Positions 53,625 to 64,000 of a DNA stretch of 64,000 nt are shown here, piece after piece. Positions within the stretch are counted from its first letter, which is position 1. Every line of letters begins with the position of its first letter. Source of the stretch: Anolis carolinensis (Eukaryota); the NCBI RefSeq assembly GCF_035594765.1, contig NW_026943819.1:1240001-1304000 (forward strand), in the 5' to 3' direction. The notes beneath the pieces are model-generated. The model saw only the letters and a list, made by a program, of their open reading frames with translations, ran no database searches and was not told where the DNA came from. Position numbers and translations under genes: made by a program.

Positions 53625-53990
53625 GAAGACCTGGCTCTGGCTCACGAATGGGACCCTGAAGAAGGAGACAGAAGGCCTGATCCTTGCAGCCCAGGAGGAA
53701 GACATCAGGACAAAGGCAGTTCAGGCCAAGATCGAAAAATCAGCTGATGACCCAAAATGCAGACTGTGCAAGGAAACTGATGAAACCATGGATCATATCC
53801 TCAGCTGCTGTAAGAAAATCACACAGACAGACTACAAACAGAGGCACAACTGTGTGGCCCAAATGATCCATTGGAACTTATGCCTCAAGTCCCACCTCCC
53901 AGCAGTAAAGAACTGGTGGGATCACAAACCTGCAAAAGTATTGGAAAATGAGCACGCAAAGATACTGTGGGACTTCTGAATCCAGACTCC
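52840..53990 (+). mobile_element. R4/Dong LINE internal fragment with a sixfold tandem amplification of a about 98-bp segment separated by (AAT)n
   Basis: The WLWLTNGTLKKETEGLILAAQEQDIRTKAI-coding segment repeats at about 52948, 53089, 53213, 53360, 53490 and 53624, then continues into the CCHC region. Confidence 0.85.
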
Positions 53991-54091
53991 TGCTTCTTAG
54001 CGGTGGGTTGGACTAGATAGCCCATGAGGTCTCGTCCAACTCTACTATTCTATGATTCTATGATTCTATGACTCCATCATCATTATTAATA

Positions 54092-54830
54092 ATTATTGTT
54101 ATTTTATTGTACGACACAGCAAACAAGATAGACATGCTGGATTTCATATCACAAAATCACAAGCCGAACACTTCCCAAGTGTCTAGGGCTGTGTGATGTA
54201 TTTTCGGATGATACGCGTAGATCCCAGCAGGGTGGCCTTTTGCAGTTGACAGATTGTAATTTTCTTAATGTCTGTTGTTTCCAAATGCCGACTGAGATCT
54301 TTTGGCATGGCATCCAATGTGCCCATCACCACCGGGACCACCTGTACTGGTTTCTGCCAGAGTCTTTGAAGTTCAATCTTGAGGTCCTGATAGCGGCTAA
54401 GTTTTTCCTGTTGTTTTTCATCAATGCGACTGTCACCTGGGATGGCAACATCCATGATCCAGACCTTTTTCTTTTCCACAACTGTGATGTCTGGTGTGTT
54501 GTGTTCCAGAACTTTGTCAGTCTGGATTCGGAAGTCCCACAGTATCTTTGCGTGCTCATTTTCAAATACTTTTGTAGGTTTGTGATCCCACCAGTTCTTT
54601 GCTGCTGGGAGGTGGTCCTTGAGGCATAAGTTCCAATGGATCATTTGGGCCACATAGTTGTGCCTCTGTTTGTAGTCTGTCTGTGCGATTTTCTTACAGC
54701 AGCTGAGGATATGATCAATGGTTTCATCGGTTTCCTTGCACAGTCTGCATTTTGGGTCATCAGCTGATTTTTCAATCTTGGCCTTAATTGCATTTGTTCT
54801 GATGTCTTGCTCCTGGGCTGCAAGGATCAG
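54092..54830 (-). mobile_element. Second 5'-truncated R4/Dong LINE copy
   Basis: ORF 54183-54863 is nearly identical in translation to 49870-50562; 3' UTR and microsatellite flanks are present. Confidence 0.85.
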
Positions 54831-55979
54831 TATTGTTGTTGTTGTTGTTGTATGACACAGCAATTATTATTATTGTTGTTGTTGTTTTTGTTGTTACTAT
54901 TGAATCCTAGAGTTGGAAGAGACCTCAAGGGCCATCTAGTCCTCTCCCTGCTAGGCACAATCAAAGCCCTCCTGACAGATGGTCATCCAGCCTGTGCTTA
55001 TAAGCCTCTTGATAAGGAAACTCCATCATCATTATTGGCTGTTAGGAATGGTAGGATTTGAAGTCCAAAACACCCGAAGGGCCTGATCTAGATAGATGGG
55101 AGAAGTTGGATAAACTGGAGGATATGGTAGGTGAGAAGGGACAGACAGGGTGGGCATTGTGTGTGTGTGTGTGTTATTTCTTGCTGCTTCCGTCCTGGCA
55201 AAGTGGGGCAGACGCAGAGCCGGGCTTCTCCTTTCCCTTCCCTCCTTGGAGGCTCCTTTGCCGTGTAGTCGTAGTCATTGGCTGGGTCCCACATAACTCC
55301 GCACAGGAGTAAACAAGGAGGAGCCACAGCGCTCCCTTGCGCAACCGAGGCTGGGAGGCTTCCTGGCATGCTTCTCTGGCCCGTCCCTCCCGGAGAACAT
55401 GGCTCTTGCATGCATGCGTGTGCAAACCCAGGGGAACATTGCGCTATCCCACAAAGTTTGGAAAAGGCTCCGTTCCTGGTTCAGAAGTGTTATTTGCTGC
55501 TCAAGTGTGAGCAACAAATTTGAAAGTTGTCGTTCTCCTCCAGAAACTTTGTGGCACAAATCGGTTGAGAGGATTACTAATTCTCTATCAAGAGAATTAC
55601 TAACGGAAAATGCGCTATACCAGGATGTCTCTCCCGCGGAAACAAAGTTTGGGCAGTTTAGTCAACTTTCCCCTTGTCTCTATGATATTAGGTAAAGATA
55701 AAGGTTTTCCCGTAACATTAAGTCCAGTCGTGTCCAACTCGGGGTGTCCGTTGCCAAAAGACATCTCCAAGGTCATGTGGACAGCATGATTGCATGGAGC
55801 GCTGTTACCTTCCCGCCGGAGCGGTACCTATTGATCTACTCACATTTGCATGTTTTCGAACTGCTAGGTAGGCAGAAGCTGGGGCTAACAGTGGGAGCTC
55901 ATCCCTGGATTCGAACCACCAACCTTTCAGTCAGAAAGTTTAGTAACTCAATGGTTTAATCTGCTGTGCCACCAGGGGC

Positions 55980-55995
55980 TCAATAATACTAATAC

Positions 55996-56036
<41 letters not shown>

Positions 56037-56314
56037 TGTTGGCAAAGGCATTCATGGCTGGAATCACTGGATTGATCATCAGATTCGAACCTGAGATCTT
56101 TTGATCAGCAAGTTCAGCAGCTCAATGGTTTAATCTGCTGTGCCACCGGGGGCTCCATAATAATAATAATGATAATGATAATAATAATAATAATGTGGTG
56201 GTGAACGCATTCATGGCTGGAATCACTGGGTTGATCACCGGATTCGAACCTGCGATCTTTCGGTCAGCAAGTTCAGCAGCTCAGTGGTTTAATTGCTGTG
56301 CCATCGGGGGCTCC

Positions 56315-56365
<51 letters not shown>

Positions 56366-56484
56366 TGTTGGCGAAGGCATTCATGGCTGGAATCACTGGG
56401 TTGATCACCGGATTTGAACCTGCGATCTTTCGGTCAGCAAGTTCAGCAGCTCAATGGTTTAATTGCTGTGCCATCGGGGGCTCC

Positions 56485-56553
<69 letters not shown>

Positions 56554-56665
56554 TGTTGGTGAATGCATTCATGGCTGGAATCACTGGGTTGATCACCGGA
56601 TTCGAACCTGCGATCTTTCGGTCAGCAAGTTCAGCAGCTCAGCGCTTTAACTTGCTGCACTACCG
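55980..56665 (-). repeat. Four tandem units containing Sauria SINE head fragments separated by (AAT)n
   Basis: Unit GCATTCATGGCTGGAATCACTGG.TTGATCA.CGGATTCGAACCTG..CAGCAAGTTCAGCAGCTCA repeats at about 56048, 56207, 56377 and 56564. Confidence 0.8.
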
Positions 56666-57530
56666 CATTTAGCAATTACCAGTTAACGAATGATATTTAT
56701 CACCCAGGAGCAAAAGTAGTGTTACATAGTGTTGTTATTTGCTGAACGTGTCGCCCGGTGGGGAGATATTCATGACTTGCATTAAGCAAATATCTGTGCC
56801 AAATTTGGTCCAGTGAATGAAAACACATTCTGCGTATCGGATATTTGCATTACGATTCACAATAGTAGCCAAGTGACAGTTACGAAGTTGCAAGGGAAGT
56901 CATATTATGGTTGGGGGTCACCATAACACGAGGAAGCGTACTAAGGGGTCGCGGCATTGGGGAGGTTGAGCAGCATGGCTTTAAAGGCCAGGGATGGGAA
57001 GGGCTGGGTCTTGCTTCCCCCTCCTCTATTTGCATGCGTCCCTCCGATGCAAACAGGCCTGGGTTGGGCAGCCGGGTGTATAAATATCCCCGGAGTGATG
57101 TGATCTTTCCAGCGGCTATTAATAGGGCCCCCTCTTCCCCAGAGACCCGCGGTGTGGCCGGCACTTAAAGGGACAGGGCGCCCTGGAAAGGACTCCCTCC
57201 ATGGACCGGTCAAGCCACCATGTGCCTCCCACAGCAAGTCCAGGAGGCATCTTTGGCCCTTGAGGTCCAGCTAGCCAAGCAGGGATGGTGGTCAAGCAGG
57301 AGGCGGAGGCCATGGGCTTGTTGCCGCCGGCCGAAGGGGTGAGACCCCCTCTATGGGTGCCCTCCTCCCTGTGTTGCTCCAGGAGGCAGGACGAGCCCGG
57401 CCGGAGGGCAGGGAAGGTCAGTCTGTGGGTCAGCCATTGATGGATGGATGGATGGATGGAAGGAGAGAGAGATACAACTTCCTTACCCTCACCCCAGGAG
57501 CACTGCCTTGGCTTTGCAGTGCCATTAAGA

Positions 57531-57915
57531 AGGGGTCTTATGTTCTGCCGTCCTTTCTTTTCTCGTAGTTTGAGGACAATTGACTTCCATCTCTGTTGTC
57601 TTGGGAGTGTGTCCGTAGGTGGCTGAAGAGACCTATTCTTGACCCGCATGTTCTCCCTTCCGCAGTGAGGACATCGGTTTCCAGACGGTCAGGGTTGGCT
57701 TGACCGGCCTTACTCTTGGCACGTTTCTCCCTTTCGCCCTCCATTCGTGCCTCTTTGAACTCTGCAGCACTGCTGGTCACAGCTGACCTCCAATTAGAAC
57801 GCTCAAGGGCCAGTTCTCAGTGTATATGCCACAGTTCTTAAGGTTGGCTTTAAGCCCATCTTTCAATCTCTTTTCTTGCTCACCAACATTACGTTTCCCG
57901 TTCTTGAGTTTGGGA
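57531..57915 (-). mobile_element. RTE-clade LINE 3' fragment
   Basis: Degenerate translation KRNVGEQEKRLKDGLKANLKNCGI and terminal GRTCGSRIGLFSHLRTH, typical of RTE ORF ends. Confidence 0.7.
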
Positions 57916-57934
57916 GACAGTGATCTTTGGGCAT

Positions 57935-58275
57935 TTGGGCATCCTTTGTTCAGAGTCATTAGCCGTCCCTGGAGCTCCTCTGCCCTCAGAGTGTTGCTTC
58001 CCATCTACTGTTCTGATTTTTGAGTTTTTTAATACTGGTAGCCAGATTTTGTTCATTTTCATGGTTTCCTCCTTTCTGTTGAAGTTGTCCACATGCTTCT
58101 AGTGGATTTCAATGGCTGACATGATAGTTGTTGGTTGTTCGACATGATAGTCTGTGTAGTCCTCCAGGCAAAAGGCAGACCTTTCCAATGCTAATTAAGG
58201 TGATTAACTGCAACATTCATGCTGACTTCCAACTGACAAAGCACTCTTCTCACACCCTGGACTCTCCACAGATAT
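57935..58275 (-). mobile_element. Penelope-like element fragment
   Basis: Translation ..HVDNFNRKEETMKMNKIWLPVLKNSKIR resembles the end of a squamate Penelope GIY-YIG ORF; related terminal fragments at about 34975-35050 and 60720-60800. Confidence 0.6.
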
Positions 58276-58962
58276 ATAGAGTCTCACTTATCCAAGCTAA
58301 ATGGGCCGGCAGAAGCTTGGATAAGCGAATATGTTGGATAATAAGGAGGGATTAAGGAAAAGCCTATTAAACATCAAATTAGGTTATGATTTTACAAAGT
58401 AAGCACCAAAACATCATGTTATACAACAAATTTGACAGAAAAAGTAGTTCAATACGCAGTGATGTTATGTTGTAATTACTGTATTTACAAATTTAGCACC
58501 AAAATATCACGATGTATTGAAAATATTGACTACAAAAATGGCTTGGATATTTATTTATTTATTTATTTGCAGTATTTATATTCCGCCCTTCTTTCTCACC
58601 CCGAAGGGGACTCAGGGCGGATCACATTATCTACATACAGGGCAAACATTCAATGCCCATATACACATAGAACCGAGACAGAGGCAGACGCAGAGGCAAT
58701 TTAACCTTCTCCTGTGACGGCACCTCCTCAACACAGTGGACCTGAGGATGTTGGGAATGGTGGGAGTTGAAGTCCAAAACGCGTGGAGGGAGGGCCAAGG
58801 TTTGCCCATGCCTGGGCTAAAGGGGTGCCGGGGACACTCGACCTGACCCGTGTTCTTCTCTTTTTCTTCTTCCTCGCAGGAGCCTTTCCCTCGGAGGGAC
58901 GCTTCCGCCGCAGGGGCCCGGGGTCTCCTCTAGAGTCGCGGCCCGAAGCCCCAGCCAGTCCA

Positions 58963-60274
58963 ATGCACCCCGACAATAAACTGACCAGCCATGGAAAGAC
59001 GACAGGTAACGGCCCGGGCGCCCCCCCCTCCTCCTCGCAGCCCCACCACGTGAGCCACAGCCCCACCTGCAACCTGGGCGCCAAGGGCGGAGGCGGCGGA
59101 GGCGGAGGCAATGGCGGCGTCGGCGGCAAGGTCGGCAACCCCGGCAGACTGAAAAGCGGCCCCGCTGCCTTTGGGGCCGCCAAGGGCAAAGCCAAGCGGG
59201 AGAGGAGTGTCTCGGTGGACTCGGGAGAGCGGCGGGAAGCCGGCCCGGCGGCCACCGCGCTGGACAAGGAGCCGACAGGTGAGGAGGGGGGCCGGCAGGA
59301 CGCGAGCCCCCCGCCCAGGCCCCTCTCCTCCCCTTTTGCCGCGTGGGGGTGGCGGTGGCGTGGCCTTCCCTGCTTTGGCTCCCCGTCCGCCTCGACACTC
59401 CCCTCTCCATCTCCGCAAGTGGGGGTCTCACGGTGGGACTCCCCCCCCCTTCCTCTCAGGAGAAGTGGCCCCTCGGAGCAAGCGGCGCTGCGTCCTGGAG
59501 CGGAAGCAGCCCTACAGCGGGGACGAATGGTGCTCTGGACCGGACAGCGAGGAGGACGAGAAGCCGCTCGGCGGCGGTGGCGGCACCCACAGTGAGTCCC
59601 TTTCCTTTTCTTTTCTGACCAGGCGCTGGCCTTGCAGCTTCGAAGCCTGGCTGCTTCCTCCCTAGCGGAATCCTTTCTTGGGAGGTGTTAGCTGGCCCTG
59701 ATTGTTTCCTGCCTGGCTGCTTCCTCCCTAGGGGAATCCTTTGTTGGGAGGTGTTAACTGTCCCTGATTGTTTCCTTTCTGGATTCCCCCTCTTTTCTGA
59801 GTGTTGCTCAGACCTGGACACAGCATATTATTCATCAACATGGACACAACATATTATTAAATGCTGATCATTAAATGCTAATCAAGCTGGACAGTTGCAA
59901 TGGCAACATTCACACTTGCCCTCAGTTGCAGTGGGTTCCTCTGTCTCCATGGCAGGCAGACTTTCAAAAGTGTTGTTGTTGTTGTTGACTTTCTAAAGAC
60001 ATACAACAACCCAGTGTTGTTGTTGTTTTGTGGGGACTGTTCTGGGGATTTCTCCTTGCGCACTGCCACCTGCTGGATTCCTGAAGGAAGACAAGCTAGG
60101 GCTAAGGAATCCAGTATCCTGTGGAATATTGGGATTTGTCGTTTTTTGGGGGGTGAAAGGGTTGGGTTGAGTCGTAGTCCGATTGTGGATTGCCTTACTA
60201 GGGCTCTCACTGAACTTGACGTCGCAGGACTGGGATCAAAATGGAATATCTTTGCAATGTGGTTCTTGAGCCAC

Positions 60275-60326
<52 letters not shown>

Positions 60327-63300
60327 GGGTTAGGTAAAGGTTTTCCCCTGATGTTAAGTCCAGTCGTATCCGACTCTGGCTGAAGAGCTGGCATTGTCCG
60401 TAGACATCTCTTAGGTCAAGTGGCCGGCATGACTGAATGGAGCACTGTTACCTTCCCGCCAATAGGAGTAGTACCTATTGATCAATTCACATTTGCATGT
60501 TATTTCACATTTGCATGTTATGAAAATGCTAAGTTGGCAAAAGCTGGGGCTAACAGCTCACCCCGCCCCCCAGATTCGAACCCCAACCTTTCAGTCAGCA
60601 AGTTCAGCAGCTTAATGGTTTAACCTGCTGCGCCATCAGGGGCTCCATAATAATAATAATAATAATAACAACAATAACAACAACAGTAATAATGATGATG
60701 ATGTGTAGTTGAAGTCTTTCCTAGTTGAGGATGTGGACGAAATGTCAGGAGAAAATGCTTCTAGAACATGGCCATACAGCTCGTGAGCCTCACAACAACC
60801 AATTATAATAATAATAATAACAACTTGATTCTTATATGCTAATATATACCCCAAAGGGACTTGAGGCAGCTTGCACACAGCACAAGGTGCCTCAAAACAG
60901 AACATAAAAATGTGTTTTCTGATGGTCTTTGGTGACCCCTCTGAAAGCAGCGCTCATGAACTAATGGTGGTAAGCTACTGTAAACATGGCCAGGCTGTAA
61001 ATAATAGGACAAGGGAATGGGATGAGTGCAAAGCTGCATCCATGGGAAGAGGGCATGGGATGAAGTCTAACCATTGCGTCCCTCCACCTTCTTCCGCATC
61101 CCTTCCCCTCGCAGACTGTAACGCAGCAGAGTCGGCAATGAGCGCTGGCTCCCAGCTGGGCCCCGGATCCAACGCGCTGCCAGCCCTGAGCGAGAGCAAC
61201 GCCGCCGGCCCAACGCACAGCAGCGGACCGGGTCTGCGGCCGGACGCCGGCAACGGCGGAGGGAAGCCGCCGCTCCAGTTTGTCTATGTCTTCACCACGC
61301 ACCTGGCCAACACGTAAGCCTCGGTTTCCCCTTCGGCCTGGAAACGGCTCCCCGTCCTCCCCTGGGGGTCCGGGCGAGTCTCGTCCACCGCTCTCACTTC
61401 CCCCGTGTGTCGTTTCCTGTGCCCACAGGGCCGCCGAGGCTGTCCTTCAGGGCCGGGCGGACTCCATCCTGGGCTACCACCAGCAGCATGTGCCCCGGGC
61501 AAAGCTGGACCAGGTAGGACGCGTCACGGGGGTCGAGATGTAGGGTGGGAATGGCACGAGACTTGTGTCGCAGCTATCAAACTGGGGATCCAAACCTTCA
61601 ACCCCTTCTGCGGAAACTGCACCCTTCGTCCAAGGAGAAAACCCCCCAAAAACAAACTGTCTTTTAGTAAAGAAAGATTTATATGGAAATATATACAAAC
61701 ATAACAGTCCTTGGCTTTTATCAGCAGCTTTCAAACACGAAACAAAATGTTCTTATCTTCAAGCTTTAACCTTTCTGGTTTCTAGACTCTCCGTCTTCAA
61801 ACCTCTCTTCAGTTCCACTTCAATAACAGCAATACCATCATCGCCACCCTCACAATCACATTCACATTCACTAACTCAAGATTTACTCAGTCTCTATGAA
61901 TAGCCCTCAGTCTTTAGCAGGTGTCTTGATTGCTGCTGGTCATACATGGATAGGACATGATTCTTACAAACACTTATCCATTTTCACATAAGAAATGACC
62001 TAAATAATATAAAACTCTGACAACTTGGACTTATTGGAAATAACTGCACCTAGTCTCTGTCAATCTTCTGAACATGTGATATTCATAAGCATTCATGTAA
62101 TGGCACACAGGTAACTCGGCTGTTAGACTGAAGAACCATGTCTTTGAACTGCCAAGGACAAAGACAGGCCACGACAAAAAAATATCTGATTTGCAGAGGA
62201 GGGTTGTTTCTCTGAAGTTGAAATTGCACTTGCCATTGCCCAAAAGATACACACTCCCTTGAAACGTCTTAGTTTAAAATATGCACTCAGAGATTAAAAA
62301 AAAAAGTCTTCTTTGAACAATAATATATCTTGTTTTACTCACATCTTGTATTAATTTGCCATACAGGCAGATTTCTTATTTGAAGTTCAGCTATAGATAA
62401 AATGTAGTTCTCTCTGTGTGTTGAGTACATGGCGTATCATTCTTAATCAATAGGCCATAGTCTTTAAATATAGTTGTACTCACTGAAGTCAATAAGTCAT
62501 ACTTCTCTGCTGGAGTTCAAACAGCAACATGCATCCACCTCCACTGAGGTGTAATAGGAGACTGAATACAAAATGGAGTCCTGCGTCTGAACATGCTCAG
62601 TACAATCGCTGTCTATAACCCCTCTCACACCAAAGAGGTACAGTGTTCCCTCACTACTTCACAGTTCACTTTTCGCGGATTTGGTGTTTCACGGTTTTTC
62701 AATAAACTCTAAAAGACTATTATAAATCATAAAAAATTACGATTTACAGCCTAAGGAAGGGAGGAAGGAGAAGCCAAAGGGAATGAAAAGGAGTCCAAGT
62801 GGCAACGGGAGGAGAAGGAGGCGATTTATCAACACACAGTTGGTTGATAAAGACTTAAAATAGTGTATAACTACTAAAATAATGTATAAGTATTAAAATA
62901 AATATACTGTCCCTACTTCGCGGATTTTCACTTATTGCGGGTGGTCCTGGAACCTAACCCCAGCGATAAGTGAGGGAACACAGTACTGTCAAACTGGCAA
63001 ATCAACATCACACATAGAATACAGGTTAGCAAATACAGTAGAGTCTCCCATATACAAGCTAAACCGGCCGGCAAAAGCTTGGATAAGCAAATATCTTGGA
63101 TGATAAAGTGGGATTAAGGAAAAGCCTATTAAACATCAAATTAGGTTATGATTTTACAAATTAAGCACCAAAACATCATGTTATACAACAAATTTGACAG
63201 AAAAAGTAGTTCAATATGCAGGAATGTTATGTTGTGATTACTGTATTTATGAATTTAGCACCAAAATATCACGATATATTGGAAACATTGACTACAAAAA

Positions 63301-64000
63301 TTGCTTGGATAATGCAGATCCTTGGATAAGCAAGGCTTGGATAAGTGAGACTCTAACGTATATGTATTTGCTAACCTGCATTCTATGTGTATGTTGATTT
63401 GCCAGTTTGACCATAGCTCTTTGGTGTGAGAGGGGTTATAGACAGTGATTGTACTGAGCATGTTCAGACGCAGGACTCCATTTTGTATTCGGTCTCCTAT
63501 TACACCTCAGTGGAGGTGGATGCATGTTGTTGTTTGAACTCCAGCAGAGAAGTATGACTTATTGACTTCAGTGAGTACAACTACAGTAGAGTAAGGTAAA
63601 AGTAAAGGTTTCCCCTGACGTTAAGTCCAGTCATGACTCTACTGTATTAACAAATAAATAGTGGAAGTCTTGGAGGTTGCTATTTCCAACAGGACTGGAG
63701 ATGCCAGCAGCCCTGAAGCACTGGGAGCACTGGGCTGGGTGGAAAGGGATTCACTGCCGGAGGGAGCAAGGCAAGCGTAGCCCCCGTCTCCACACTAACT
63801 GTGTCGTGTATCTGCCCTGCAGGCTCCCCTCCCGAAGGTCCAGCCTCCCGCGGAGCCGCTGCCCATCACGCCGTCGCCGGTCGGGACTCCCCACGCGCCG
63901 CCCAGCAGCCAAGCCCAAGGCCCCCCACCGCCACCTCCTCCTCCTCCTCCAGGAACGCCCTCCCAGCCCCCGGCGGCCCCCGCCCTGCAGGCCCTGGGAC
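58963..64000 (+). CDS. BCL9L: BCL9-like protein (5' part; continues beyond window). Exons 58880-59278 (ATG 58963), 59460 or 59463-59591, 61115-61313, 61429-61513, 63823->64000
   Basis: MHPDNKLTSHGK...KAKRERSVSVDSGERRE, VAPRSKRRCVLERKQPYSGDEWCSGPDSEEDEKP, HD1 region QFVYVFTTHLANT|AAEAVLQGRADSILGYHQQHVPRAKLDQ|APLPKV match BCL9L. GT-AG introns with consistent phases. The frame is open upstream of 58963, so the true start may be in an upstream exon. Confidence 0.93.
62472..63583. mobile_element. Foldback (long inverted-repeat) element with two nested MITEs (about 62641-62983 and about 63036-63358)
   Basis: 62472-62638 plus 62986-63035 is the reverse complement of 63362-63583; the inserts have their own TIRs and TA flanks. 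Confidence 0.75.

Noticed and set aside
60720-60800. Penelope-associated hammerhead ribozyme
   Set aside because: Only the GAAA/GTC half is recognisable; the CTGANGA core and stem II are degenerate or deleted. The fragment at about 35030 is also incomplete.

Overview
Eukaryotic (vertebrate) genomic DNA, most likely from an Anolis-type lizard: it carries Sauria SINEs and R4/Dong, CR1, L2-like, RTE and Penelope fragments, plus many TA-flanked MITEs. The window is the orthologue of the human 11q23.3 block. It holds TRAPPC4 (-, 5 coding exons, 219 aa), RPS25 (+, 125 aa, head-to-head with TRAPPC4), CENATAC/CCDC84 (-, 11 exons, about 354 aa), FOXR1 (-, 6 exons, about 290 aa) and the 5' part of BCL9L (+, runs off the right edge). 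Exons were placed by hand, checking splice dinucleotides and phases. UPK2, which lies between FOXR1 and BCL9L in human, is not recognisable here. The best lead is intron 5 of the minor-spliceosome factor CENATAC. It has a weak U2 donor, a competing U12-like donor (GTATCC) 28 nt downstream and a U12-like branch site, so minor splicing would give a frameshifted premature-stop mRNA, a candidate feedback loop. Other unusual structure: a 1.8-kb hAT element with a perfect 8-bp TSD carrying an internal 215-bp satellite; several unrelated retro-fragments amplified as [unit + variable microsatellite] arrays; higher-order satellites; long palindromes; nested insertions. Repeat family names come from recognising motifs, not from a database search. 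Assembly gaps lie at 33217-33370 and 43015-43144.
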